This document shows positions 33,939-46,570 of a stretch of DNA of 64,000 nucleotides, in pieces (positions within the stretch are counted from its first letter, which is position 1; the number at the start of each line of letters is the position of its first letter). A model generated the notes under the pieces. It ran no database searches. It was not told the origin of the DNA and saw only the letters and a list, made by a program, of their open reading frames with translations. This DNA comes from Camelus ferus (taxonomy: Eukaryota): positions 114,764,001 through 114,828,000 of the forward strand of contig NC_045696.1 in assembly GCF_009834535.1 (NCBI RefSeq), given 5' to 3'. The position numbers and the translations under genes were made by a program.

Positions 33939-35201
33939 TCTAGCCTGCACTTCTCCATCTTGGTCTTTGCAAGCAGCAATATGTCAAGGAAGAATGAGCT
34001 CAAAGACATGATTAAACATGTGGGGAGATTGAATGGAGGGAACATTGAGGTCATCGGAGTTGTCAGCCATGCATTGCCCGACAGGAGAGCCCACACAGAT
34101 GCTAACTCACACCATATAATAAAATGACAGATGATGAGGAAGAGGGAAAAGCAAGACCAGTGAAGAGGGTAAAAAAAAAAAATGAGATGAAAATAAAATT
34201 ATGACTGACAAGTGTGTGGAGAGGAGGCTATAAATAAATCGATGACCTAGACTTTGAAAGAGGCGACTGTTGAAAGCTTGCCTGGGGAAAGAAAGGAATA
34301 GCAAAACACATCATAAACACAGGAAATTCATATTCTGCTCAGTAACTTGCAAAACAAATTCCCGAACAAACACAAAGTAATTATTACACGTGTAGCCAAG
34401 GCTCCTGTTTGCACAGTTGAAACGTGTTTTCTCACCTGTAGACAGGAGAACAAAACAGCTGAGCTTCGGAAGATAACTTTTGAAGGCTGGATACACAGTC
34501 ATCCTCCAGGGATCAGGGAACCCTCCGTTACTTTCTGCTGAGCTCTCTCTGCTGGTGCTGCGTTGCTTTCTCCAATGACATTCATTCCCATGGTCTGTTT
34601 AAGATTCTAAGATTTCAGTGGACTGTCCTGCTGAGGCCCCATGTTTCTAAGCTCCTTGCTCACTGCTGAGAGTTTGCTTATAATTTTTGTGTCCAGCTGT
34701 GGTAAAAGCAAACGCTCTTGACAAAGGAATTGAGGGGTTTTTTTTTTCTTTCTATGGGATGCAACTTAGTAAAGGGACCATCAATATAAAATGAGCAGTA
34801 CTTCGCTAACTTTGGTTTTTTTTTTTTTTCACTTCCATTTCCTTTGGAGGGATGAGCTTTTTTTTCCACTTTGAGTTTCTTTCCACGTTGGACCTTGCAG
34901 TGAAGGTACAATGACTATGCTATAGGAGTAGGCAGCAGGGTTTTAATTTCAATGGCCGTCAGTGGTAGGTCAAGGTGGATGGAGTGATTTAGAGAAGGCT
35001 TCCCATGCTCCTTCAGATACAGTAGAAGCTACCGAAAAGAACTGTGTGTGCAAAAGTTATTACAGCTAAACTAAACACACCGGATGTGTTAGTATTATGG
35101 GCAAAGATCACTTGGGAAACATTAACAAGATCACATTTGTGTCAGTCTTGTAAAGAAGTGCTTACTGCATTTGAGATGAGTGTGAACATTTGATACCAGT
35201 C

Positions 35202-35728
35202 TGTCTTAGATGGGGTTCCCCCAGAGTTAGACCTGGGGCAAGGATATCAAGTTAAATAGTTTTTTTAGGTGTTGAATCCAGCAAATACTGATAGAGAAAT
35301 GGAAACAAGGGGTGGGGAGGGAAAGGCAGCCTTTGGGGCGTGTTATCCTGCAGTTCTGTGCTGGGCATCTGCTGTTAAAGCCTCTGAGGAGACCGTGGGA
35401 GCCAGCGTAGAACACAGACCTCGCCTTTGTCAGTACTGTCCCTCACAGTCCTGACCCACCCGCATCCACAGTGGGGGCGGGGGCTTGAGTATTTACATAC
35501 CAGTTCTCAGCAGCTATTAATCAAAAGCTGCTTCCACTGAAGACAGGAATTTACTTCTCAGGCACTTCTGGCATGGCACATGGGTGCAAGGTGAGCTTGG
35601 GGTGCAGGAAGGAGAGATATAGGCAAAGAAATGCAAGAGCTGGCCCTTGGGCATCTGACTAGTGCACGGTGAAGTGGCGAGGATGGAGGGATCCCAGTGG
35701 GATAACAACGGCGTCTACGTCTGCTACA
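35202..35728 (-). mobile_element. LTR16C-like ERVL solo LTR
   Basis: TGTCTTAGATGGGGTTCCCCCAGAG..AGACCTGGGGCAAGGAT...GTAGAACAC...GTATTTACATACCA...TCTGCTACA. Confidence 0.75.
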
Positions 35729-36894
35729 TACCATAGTACTGAATTCCGGTTCACACCTATCAGCTTTTTCTGCACCCATATGCTACTCAATCAGAATTAG
35801 TTTTGAATGTAAGAAGGAAAGTAAAGGGAGCAAATGACTACTGTTTGAAGTCAGGAATTTACAGATGTGAAAGTCTGACCAAAACTTTGGGAACATAATT
35901 TTAGCTGTCATTGTAAATATACATGCATTGTTAATTAAAAATCTACCAGACTTTTTTTTCTTTCCCCTTCTGGAGAATAAAATATACTAAGGAACAGGTT
36001 GGTGTGTTTTCAGGGATCAGATATTCTGATGATAGAATGTACATTCTAGTTTGGTGATGGGTAAATTTTATAGTCAAACTGCCATGAACGGAGGTGCACT
36101 GGCGGCTTCCCGGGTGGGTCTGTGGTGCCCTACAGGGCTCCTCGCTCAGTCAGTCGGGCTGGGCTAGTGTCTTGGCAGGTCTTAAGCCAACTGACCAGAT
36201 CATCCCAAGCTTCACCTGTCTGTGATGGATAACATTACTAGCAGTAGCTCAATTTTGATTGGATCTTGCTATGCCTTACTTACAAGGGTCATCCACTTCT
36301 TGTCTTTGCTGTAGTGTTTCTTTGGGTTCCCAACTTGGGCATCACTGTGTCTCACCTTTTTTTCCACTATCCCGCTATCACTTGATGTTCCCTTTGTAAA
36401 TCAATGCAGAGCTTTGTTTAATCAACACTGTAGGTTGTCTGCCATGCCTTCAGGCTCGGAAGGGTGGTAAAACCATTTGAAGTGCCTTGAAGGTAATGTC
36501 AGTAGAGAGAGGTAGAGTTTAAGGTAAAATAGAGAATACATGCCTTAATTAAGGACTTTTAAATTTAGATGTCTTAAATACTCACTCAAGCAAAATGTAT
36601 ATGTGGGTTATGCTAAACCTGTAAGTGGCTAGTTTGTGACTTCTACTCCAGTGAAGATTAAAAATATTTTTTAAAAAGCCCCTCAGTTTGATAATGTGTC
36701 TTTGATGGATGAAATAATATTTTCCTCCTTTGAAATCTACCTAGATTGAATTTATTTATATTTATCTCTTATTATCTCTTTATGAATATCCTTTCTCCTC
36801 ATTGTTCTGTTGAGGGTCAAATTCATGACCAGTTTATCTTTGATTACCTCAAAAGAGGCCAGTGCCTTGCATATACTTGGAATGGGCAGGATTT

Positions 36895-37045
36895 TATTCA
36901 TTTTTAAGATGCATTTATTCTTTATACAACTATTTGTGGAGTTATTCTATGAACCAAGTATCAGGTCCTTGGGGATAGGCAGTGTATGACAGTGAATAAA
37001 ACAAGCAAAGTACTTGACTTTCCATGGCTTCATTTTAGTGAAGTT
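36895..37045 (-). mobile_element. L2 3' end
   Basis: TTTATTC..CAACTATTTGTGGAG..ATTCTATGAACCAAG...CAGTGAATAAAACAAGCAAAGT. Confidence 0.6.
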
Positions 37046-37199
37046 GGCTTCTGCTTAAAAAAAAAAAAAAATCAATCAGTTAAAAGATTAGGATACTTTT
37101 GGTTACATGAAAATATATAGCATCTCTTACAACTTTACAAATAATAATGATTTTTCCAACATCATTAAGCTACACACACTCAATTTAACTTTCAAATTT

Positions 37200-37580
37200 T
37201 TCATGCACCTTATTTTCTACTGACATACTCTTGGACATCTTTGTTTCCTTGTCTTGTGCATTTGACTTGTTTAAAATTAATGAAGTATATTTAGTGCTAA
37301 GTCCAGTGGCTGGTACATAGTATGCTTTCTATAAACAGTATTTATTAATGTTAAATATATTATGTTTTGCTAAGGCTCAGGAATCCTACCACATACTTTC
37401 CAATCATCCCTATTTAACTTCCTTATAATCCTATGATGCAACCACTATTATTATCCTCAATTTACAGGTAAAATATTTGAGGCACTGGAAAATTAAATAA
37501 TATTCAGCAAGTAAGTGTATGTGCAAAAATATATAAAGATTTGTTTCATTTCAGAGCCTACGTTCTTAAACACTTTATGG
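37200..37580. mobile_element. Two tail-to-tail MIR fragments (plus ~37200-37340, minus ~37345-37580)
   Basis: CAGTGGCTGGTACATAGTATGC; ATTATTATCCTCAATTTACAGGTAAAATATTTGAGGCAC. Confidence 0.6.
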
Positions 37581-37892
37581 AGTAGCTCATGTTAGGTCAG
37601 TTTGCCAGAAGCTATAGGTAGACCTATGAAAATTACCAACAGTTTCTATAATAAATAATCCAGATATAGAAAACATGAAGGGAAAAAAAACACAGTATGT
37701 TAAATTTCTCATTAGTTGTCTTATCTTCTGAACAAGTATAATTAAAGCTTAAATATTTGCTTCTGAAGAGAACTGAAATATAATTACTGTAAATCTTATA
37801 TTCAGAACTTTAAATGATATTGTATTAAAATTATAGATTGGTGAAAATAAGTGTTTAATATTTTCTAAAAAATAGAAATAATGGCATATCTA

Positions 37893-38531
37893 TGTTATCA
37901 AACTGAACTTGGGTCCATTTGCTGGAGATACAGCAAAGCCAATCTAGTGACACCAGGTTGTGGTGAAGGAAAGCACAGTGTTTATTACAAGGCCTAGTGA
38001 GGAGAATGGGCAGCTAGTGCACAAAAACCTCAGCAACCTGATGGCTTTCAGGGAAAGGTTTCTAAAGAGTGAAAGAGAAGGTTGCAGGGTACCTGATCAG
38101 CTCGTGCATAATTCTCTGATTGGTTGGTGGTGAGGTGAAGGAGTGATGTTTCAGGTATCTGTCATCAGCCTTCTGGTTCCAGCTGGTCTGTGATCTGTGT
38201 GCTTGTGGTCGGCATGCAGTTAACTTCTTCCACCTGGTGGGGGTTTTGTTATCTGAAAAACAACCCAAGGAGATGGCTCAGAATATTATCTATGGGCCTT
38301 GAAATGAAGCTAAAGGTCTTTGACTTTGTTTTATGGCTAAACCATTATTATTTTGTCTTGCTTGACTATTTTCCTTTGTTTCTGCATTTTCTCACTTCTC
38401 TAATTAAATTTGTTCTCTGGAAATTGGGGAAAGCCTTGGATGCTAAAGCTTTTCTACAAATGAGAGTCAGGGAACATAGTGGTAGGGGGTTCTGGCCGCA
38501 GGAAGGTCCCACAGGGTCCTGCTGGGTTTCA
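37893..38531 (-). mobile_element. ERV1-class solo LTR
   Basis: TGTTA...TTTCA termini; AATAAA on minus (TTTATT 37981-37986); CCAAT boxes (TGATTGGTTGG). Near-TSD TCTA/GCTA. Confidence 0.8.
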
Positions 38532-38834
38532 GCTAGGTGAACTGAGTTTGGAAAAAGGATGATTGGACAGGAAAGAGTTCAGGGATAATTCTCAGATGAT
38601 TAAAACAAATCGACACAAAACTGACAAAGTGTGTTGTATTAACTGAGTTATATAATATTGACACAGCATATTTAAATGAGCACCATCAGCAATAAAAGGG
38701 GTTTAACAGTCTCAAGATTTTCATTGTCATGTTAAAAAGACTCTTGTTCTTATTTAGTAGCAATGCAGAGCAATTATCCCATTCTCAAAATTCCTGAATG
38801 CTCCAAGTTGCTCAATAATAAGTAAAAAGCAACA

Positions 38835-39040
38835 TTTTACTTAAGAGTTTTATAATTTGCAAGAGCAATTTTACATCCATTCTTTTGTTTGGTTTTTACA
38901 GCAGCCATGTTGTTAATCCCATTTTATAGATGGAGCTACTGAAGCTCAGAGCAGTAAGTGACTTGCCCAAGTCCATACAGCTAATGCACTGCCCTGCCTG
39001 TCTCTTGTTTTGCAAGTCCAGTGCGATTCCAACTATACCA
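38835..39040 (-). mobile_element. MIR SINE
   Basis: CCCATTTTATAGATGGAGCTACTGAAGCTCAGAGCAGTAAGTGACTTGCCCAAGTCCATACAGCTAA. Confidence 0.8.
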
Positions 39041-39854
39041 AAAAGCAAGTTCAACGTGAAGTTGATTGTTTCACTTCTTACTGTCCTTGTCCTTATGGAG
39101 ATATATGGAGAAATGATCTTTTCCTTTCAGGGCCCCTAATTTGAATATATTTGACCTCACAACTTTTTATATTTCTGTGATAATTTTCTAAATCAGTGGA
39201 CACAAATTCTATTCATCCACTAAGACTGACTTTTTTTCTTTTTTAAATTTAGGACTGGCTGCTGAAGACTATGTGGCTTCTATGGTCAGCAGAATTGAAA
39301 GTGGTTAATGAAATCTTTGGTATAAATAGGTCTGAAAAAGATCCTAGAAAACCTATGGCTTCTCTGTGCATTTGTCGAGGGCATTCATGTCTGTTACTGT
39401 CATGGAGATATTTCTTTCATGGATATCTTTGAGGCTTTGATGAATAAAGAAGACAAAGCTTAAATTGAATCAATCATACAAAGAGGAATTTAATTTACAT
39501 TTAAATTAAATTAAAAAAATTTTTAATCTTCACACGAGCTTTTTGTACCAGTCTGTAATTTAGTTATTGTCAGCCATGCAGACTACACACCATTAGAATG
39601 TCTCTATTGACAATTGGAAAGAACAAATGAGTTGTCTTTTTTATTAAAAAGATCAAAAGCACACAGCTACAAAGAAATCTATTTTCTCATAAGCCCTGAA
39701 GTGATTAGAAATCTCAATAAAATAAAACAAAATGAAATTAAACCATCATTTATCAAAATTGCCTCTGTGAATTTGAAAAATTAGTGAAAATTTTCAGTCT
39801 TAAGAACACTCAAAGCAATGCTTATCAAACCTTAATGTCCATACAAATTACCAT

Positions 39855-40050
39855 ATTTATAAATGAAATGCTATGATATTTTGGATTTGCTTCAAAATAA
39901 ATAAGATCCAGAGTAAGGAATTGAATAAGAGTGAAAATCCAATATGATTGGCCATGGATTGATAATTGTTGAAGCTGGACAATGAATACATAAAGTTCAT
40001 CATAATAATTTGACTACTTCTATAAATAAAGTAAAAAATAAAAAAGTTTA
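39855..40050 (+). mobile_element. Old L1 3' end (L1M-type)
   Basis: ATGAAATGCTATGATATTTTGGATTTGCTTCAAAATAA...GATTGGCCATGGATTGATAATTGTTGAAGCTGG. Confidence 0.75.
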
Positions 40051-40989
40051 TTATTCTAATGTACCATAATACATACACACACACACAATCACATGCATGT
40101 TGCTTCCAGCTAGAAAGCATGGTGAATAAATATTTCAGATCTGATTACATGCTACTGCTGCAATGTTCTGGAAGAAATTAGTCTACCATATGTAGAGATG
40201 AAAGGAAATTTATTTTTCTGTTCTCCAGAGATTATTTTAACTGTCTCTGTGAGAACCAGTTTTTTCCTAATAAAAAATGAGAAATAATACATTTTCCTAG
40301 TAATGTCTTTGTGGAATACAAATAAACCATACTTGTGGTAACGGGACAAAAATTATTAAAAATTAAATTCTGTGAACAATAACAACAAGGAAACTTCCAA
40401 ATAACTATAGGAGCATCATAGAAATAATACTTAGTGAAAATGATGTTGATGGTGGTGGTTCGTGATGTGGGATGGTTAAGGACTTCAGGGGTTTAATGTT
40501 GAATGAATCTGTAAGAGTTTGTATGATTGAGAGGTGAAATGGAATTCCTTACAGAGGCAACCACAAGTGTGAAGACATGGCAGTCTATGAAGGATAGTGG
40601 TGCATATGGAAAATTCTAAGATTAATATGACTTGGGAATGGTATGTGTATTGAAAATATTTTTAAAAATCTAGGAAAGGAGAGAGATCTAGATGATCAAG
40701 TACTTTTACCTATAGGAGATGAGTTCCATGGATGGTTAAAACCGAAAGGGTGTATGTTCAGTTTAGTTTTAGATGGTCATGTTTGCAATTATTGCTATAA
40801 AATTCTGATTGAAATTGGGTAGATTAGAGTCAGAGATCTATTGGGAAATAATCATAACTGCCCAGGTCTAAATTAAGGCTGTGACAGTCGAGAATAAATT
40901 GAAAGATAATTAGATCATCACATTGAATATAGTGAGAAAAGAGGAATAAGGTATTAAAAACTGACTCTTAGACTTCTAACTTGGGAGAA

Positions 40990-41315
40990 GGGCTGTATAA
41001 TCATTTATCTACAATTCCAAAATCTGCAAATCTCTGAAACCAGAAAATTTTTCATCAGTTTGTTACCAAAACTCATTTAGTGGCAGACCATTTCTTGAGA
41101 TGAACCAAGACTATTCAAAAATCTTTATTTAACCTACTTAGTACAGATATTCATCCATTTGATGCAGAAATATTAAAAAATGTGTTTAATTATGAGTCAT
41201 TGCCCTAGGAAGAGCTGAAAGTGTTATATAATACCTCATTATCTTATAACATCCAAGATTTCTGAATACCAAAATATATCTAGTCCTTAAAGTTTCTGAT
41301 AGGAATTATAGACAT
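40990..41315 (-). mobile_element. MER46C-like Tigger MITE
   Basis: TTATCTACAATTCCAAAATC..AAATCTCTGAAAC at left; TTCTGAATACCAAAATATATCTAGTCCTTAAAGTTTCTGATAGGAATT at right. Confidence 0.6.
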
Positions 41316-41992
41316 ATAGTACTATTTAATAGGATGTCATTTATTAATAAGATGCAACCTGGTCTCTTACAGCATAAAATAATTCTATAAAATTTAAGTA
41401 CAACTTTCCCTGGCATTACCAGGAGAATAGGTTGTAAAATGAATGGTATTAGGGCAAAATGATCAATGATTGAGTTACATGTAGACTGGGCAGAATATAC
41501 TTTGGACTTTTTTATTTCCAGATCTCTAGTGCTCAGCTTGTTTATAGTCCTTTGACTAGAATGCACATGAAAGCGTTGATGGTGGCGACTCTGAGGAAGA
41601 AATATAAACAAAGACTAAAAATGTGAAAAACAACCAGGAGAGCATTGAAAGCATTCTCTCATGAGCATAGTCTTTCTGATGCATCTCTGTAGAAATGTCT
41701 ACCAAATTTATTTCACATTTTCAAAGAATAACATCCCTTCATAGTCAGTTCCAGGATACATAAAACAGAAAAAAATGTATCTCAGCCAAGAAAAAAAAAA
41801 TTGCAGTAAGACCAGCTCATCACCATATATTTTGACTGGGTTATGTCCATTGATTTGCCTTGCCTGTAGCTTAAGATTTGAGAATGTTCAATTGAAATGC
41901 CCCTCAAAAGAGGAATTATTAATTATGATACATTTTTATCATGTAATTCTCAGTAATAAAAAGAGTGAGGTCTATTTTTATACTCCAATATG

Positions 41993-42842
41993 TGTCAAAG
42001 ACTAATCGTGCTTTAAAGAGTTAAACAGACAAGGAAGATTTTATTCAATACTGTTGCAGTGGATGTCAAGGCTATTATAATCGAGATGTTTCAATTCACC
42101 ATTGAAACAACAGGTGAGAGGGTTTTGGAGCACTGGGGTCAGCTAGTGGGAATATACCGGAGCATATTATGAGGGAGAGGGGGCCGGTCACTGGGATTGG
42201 GCCATCTGTGTCTGCTAATTGATACTTACCGAAGTTAGACTTTTACCATCCCAAGGAGACTTGGAGATAGGGACACCATCTTTTTTCTTTTTTGTTTTTT
42301 TACTTTGAATATTTTTTAAACTTTTTTTAAATTGAAGTATCATTGATGTACAATATTATATGTTTCAGGTGTACAACATTGTGACCCACAGTTTTTAAAA
42401 AGTTATGATCCATTTATAGTTATAAAATATTGGCTATATTCCCTAAGTAGTACAATATACCTTTGTAGCTTATTTATTTTATACATAATAGTTTTACCTC
42501 TTAATCCCCTACCCCTGTCTTGCCCCTCGCACCTTTCCTCTCCCTACTGGTAACCACTAGTTTATTCTTTACATCTGTGAGTCTGCTTCTCTTTTGTTAT
42601 GTCTACTAGTTTGTTTTATTTTTTAGGTTCCAAAGATAAGGCATTATCTTTCTTGGTGGTTATTTTCCAAAGGAATGGCCCCCAGGACCTTGCAAGACTA
42701 TTCCTGGGTTGCAAATCTGGCAAGAGGCTGGGAGAAGATGCACATTTTAAAGGAGACATTCTCTAAGAAAAGTGAGGTTGGAGACCTACAGTCAAGAAGA
42801 AACTTAAAAGTTTAGCTAAGCTGAGGGGAACATTAGTCTTCA
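41993..42842 (-). mobile_element. MER89/MER90-like ERV1 LTR interrupted by L1
   Basis: AAGGAAGATTTTATTCAATACTGTTGCA...GGCCATCTGTGTCTGCTAATTG...GGAGATAGGG | ...ATTCCTGGGTTG..CTGGCAAGAGGCTGGGAGAAGAT...AAGCTGAGGGGAAC. Confidence 0.7.
42284..42633 (-). mobile_element. Truncated L1 3' UTR inside the LTR
   Basis: ATTGAAGTATCATTGATGTACAATATTATATGTTTCAGGTGTACAACA...CTGGTAACCACTAGTTT. Diverged TSD AGATAGGGACACCATCTTT / AGATAAGGCATTATCTTT. Confidence 0.85.
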
Positions 42843-43079
42843 AGATTTTTTTTTTTAAGTGGAAAAAAACTGGGGCCTTAGTAATAATGGCTGACTAGAT
42901 AATTCAGATGAGTCCTTGCACTACGGGCAACAAATTCTGGACAAAAATATATATTTAAAAAATCTTCTTGAGAGCAATAAAGAATTATCAGGAGGGTAAA
43001 AACTTACGATGTTGAAAGTTGACCGCTCATAGAAATATTAGTTTTGATCATTTGAAGAGTTTATGTGAAGAAGTAAAAA

Positions 43080-43720
43080 CATAGAATAAAGGCGTGGGAG
43101 AAAATTATGAACAAACACTAAATTTTGAGATAGAGAGGAATTTTTAACATGGAAGCAATAAAAGAAATCATAATAACTCAGTTAATTAAGGTTTAACTAC
43201 ATAGATGTAATTTTTTTCTGAACCAGGAAAGTAAAAGAAAAAAAAAAGGGGGCAAATGGCAACTCTGGAAAAATATTTAAATAAACATAAAAGTTAGATA
43301 ACAATATTGCTGTCATCTGAAAGGCTCTTGGAAATAAATATGAATAAACATTTCAATCAAAAAATAGGTAAATAATGTGAACACGCAGTTCACGAAAGAA
43401 GAGCCATAAATAACAGAAACAAGGAGAAAAGACCGTCTTCCCTTGAAGTCAAATCATTGCAAATTAAAGCAAAATACTACTTGTCAATTTGGCCTCCATA
43501 TACTCAGTATTGAAGAGATATGGGTAATATTTTTACATTTATCGAGTATGTCAGTCTTGTAAATTTGGACAGACTGTTGGTAAACAATTTGGCAAAGTGT
43601 TTCCGTTCTTGACCTGGTGTTTCTCCTAACACTGGATCTGTGGGAAATAATAATAGTGGATGTACGTTCATTTGAAATAACCTAAATACCTGATAGTTAA
43701 GGAATTTCGTTGATTCTCCA
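43080..43720 (+). mobile_element. Highly decayed old L1 ORF2 3' region
   Basis: GAACACGCAGTTCACGAAAGAAG...TGCAAATTAAAGC...AACAATTTGGCA...AACCTAAATACC. Confidence 0.5.
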
Positions 43721-44986
43721 CATATTTTCCTTGTGTGTTTTCACATCTGAATCAATGCTCAAGATTTCCTTCTACCTGAAACCCTAACCTCCTCACGCCT
43801 AGGTCTTCATGAAGGATGTGACTTATCTTTAAAGACCTATCTCCAGAGTCACTGCCATCATGAGCTGTACCTTCCGGGACTTAAGACAAGAAGGGCTTGG
43901 CACTCTTTTGGAGTCCCATAAGACCTTATCCACAAGGGTAGTGTTGTGGACAAGACAGCCGTAAAAGTCTGAGCCATAAATTCAAAACTAAAGGAATGTT
44001 TATATTTATGGAATTCTGGACATATTTATCAAATTTTTAATCAAATTATCATATTTTATAAATATTTTAAAAATTCTTTTACTGTAAGGAGAAAATGATT
44101 TTGGCAAAAAGAAAGAGTGATCAAAGGCAGAGTCTGCTTAAAGATCTAAGCTGTTTCAGAAGAAATGGTGTAACTTTAAGGGCTAAAGAGTGTAAGTGAG
44201 TCAGAGGAGATAAAGGGAGAAGACAGAGTCAGTCAGAAGGAAGGTATTTTGCCTGGAACAGAGAACATTGCAAGGTCATAGAAACAGAACTGGCAAAAGC
44301 TCCTTAGCTCTGACCTACAGAGCCGTCCAGTCTTCGCCTTTGGCAGGTATACTCCGTGTTTGATGGAATGGTTCTTAATAATTGAAAAATCTGACTCAAA
44401 AACCGAATTCCTCTCGCTCTAATTCCATAATAGCCAAGCAACTTTTGCTTTATAAACTGGCTTTCCCAATAAATCTGCCTAAGGACCAGAGAATACTCAG
44501 GCCACAGAGATACAAGCATTTGACATTTGGGACTGCAATCGGTCTCTTATGATTGTACTTAATGCACACTGAGATGTCTCACCTCTGGTACACTGCAGAG
44601 ACTGCCTTCCTTACCGAGGACCAGAGTCTGGTCCACGGAAAATGTGTCTTCTGAAACCTTTGGAGTCACGGTGACCTAATAAACAATGTATTTCCGACAC
44701 CGATGGCCTGAGGCTTCCTCGTGACATGTGTTTCTTTCTACCTTGTGTTACACTTTGAGAGGTGGGGTGAAATCAACTTGCCATGCTAACTTTGAATGTG
44801 GGATCTAAGGCTGATTCATCCCGATATCTGCAGTGCATACCCACTGCTTTGTCAGTGACGGGCTCTAAGTTAGCGGGGTTTTTCCAATTAGGAGCCAACG
44901 TTAATGTGAGATACTCACAGTATTTTCCCTCCAGAGGGAAACTGTATCCGGTCATGTGACCACCGAATCATCCATTTGCTTTAGAG

Positions 44987-45198
44987 CAACGAATGTGGGC
45001 TTATGGAGCAAAGATGGTCTATGGCTTGTTTTGGTACTGCCCGTGAGCTGAGGATGGCTTTCACATTTTCAAAAGCTTGTAAATACAAACAGATACAAAC
45101 AATAAAGAGAGAAGGTTGTGAAACAGATATTGTATATGGCCCATAAATCTACAATGTTTACTATGTAGCCTTTGATGGAAAATATTTGTCAACCCCTG
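44987..45198 (+). mobile_element. MER58-type hAT-Charlie MITE
   Basis: CTGCCCGTGAGCTGAGGATGGCTTTCACATTTT...TATGGCCCATAAA..TACAATGTTTACTAT...TTTGTCAACCCCTG. Confidence 0.8.
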
Positions 45199-46453
45199 CC
45201 TTAGATTATTACCAAGCTAAACTATGACATTATTACAGTTTACCAATTAGAGTGTCGTGTGACAAATTTCCTGTAATTATATCCGTTCCTTTCCATATAA
45301 AAGAAATTTTCTGAAAAGAACGAGATTTATAAACTTTGACTAATGAACTTGCATTCTATTCAGCAGCAACTGAAGAAAAATATTTCAGTTAGCAACTTAC
45401 TCACTACCTCCAAATAAATGCAATCTAAGCATTATGTTTAAACAATCTCTTATTTGTTCCAAATTAACGTTCTTTTCCTAGTTAATGTAATCAATTTGGA
45501 TGTATCTTAACCTAGTTAAGAAGGGCTATAAATAAGAGATCAATTTGATGCTGTTAGTTTGAATAGTTCTATACTCTTAGCTTTGCTCTAACTTTACCTT
45601 TATAATTATTAAAAAACAAGACTCATACATTAGTTAATCCTAAGATGAACTTTTAATGGCCTTTACGTTTTCCCACCTAAATCTTCTTTATATTGACATT
45701 AGAAATGGCCTTTTTGACTTATTTAAAATAGTCACTTGAAAGGGAAACATATTAAGGCTGATTTGCTTAATGATGAGGGAAGAAAGCCTGACATTTTAGA
45801 GACATATTAGTTCCAAGAAAAGAGAATCTCTTAAGTGAAGCATCACTAATGTGTTTCCGAAAGGTCAACGATTTATTACCTTATAACAGGTGGATCAAAG
45901 CCCCTTGATCTGGTCTAATCAGTTTCTTTTTTTTCCTCCAAACTTCTTGATTGAAAAATCATTACAGGAAGACACAAGCATATAGCAATGTAGCCAGATG
46001 GCAGGACGAGATGGAGGCATAGAAGCTTTGCATGGTTTTTGTCCTTTTGTGGAGCAGGGATTGGTAGATGGGGGAGTGGAAGCTGAGCAGGGGTAGGTCG
46101 CAGGATGATGCAGTATTTGATGGTCCTTCTTCTACTCATCTCGTCTTCCTCTTCCTCTGTGTCTTGCTGCCCATTGGGAATAACTGAGCAGGAGCCTGCC
46201 AGACCTTCCTTAAATAAAGAAAATACAGGTTTGCAGAGAAGAGAGCTAGTGATGCTATACTGATGCTGTGTGAATGTCACTTCTTCTCTGTTGCCGCCAC
46301 GTCTTAGACAGTTACCAGTTGTGCAGATGTAATCACCTCATGTCTGAAGAGGATTTGCAGGGATGAGAAAATTGGAGAATTCTGGATGGAACACTTTGCT
46401 TAGGTATCTGCTGCCAGAGCCAGGGATCATTTAGTTGAACTAAAAACATTGTT

Positions 46454-46570
46454 GGGGGTGTGGATAATAGCTCAGTGGTAGAGCACATGCTTAACATGCT
46501 CAAGGTCCTGGGTTCAGTCCCCAGTAACTCCATTAAAAAAAATAGTCAGATATAAATAAATAAATAGTTA
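46454..46570 (+). mobile_element. tRNA-derived SINE, Vic-1-like (camelid)
   Basis: G-rich start, A box TAGCTCAGTGG 46468-46478, GAGCACATGCTTAACATGC, B box GGTTCAGTCCC 46511-46521, CTCCATT(A)n/(TAAA)n tail. Confidence 0.85.

Noticed and set aside
33981..34190. Short ORF MSRKNELKDMIK… and following acidic/basic DDEEEGKARPVKR tract
   Set aside because: 48 codons, no recognisable homology; purine-rich low complexity is sufficient explanation.
36070..36490. Unique-looking GC-richer patch with a minus-strand GTAAGT donor-like site (~36287-36292)
   Set aside because: No matching acceptor or recognisable ORF could be supported; it may be an unrecognised old repeat.
46454..46535. tRNA gene (A box, B box, anticodon-like stem)
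   Set aside because: No proper acceptor stem, degenerate arms and an A-rich tail; it is a tRNA-derived SINE.
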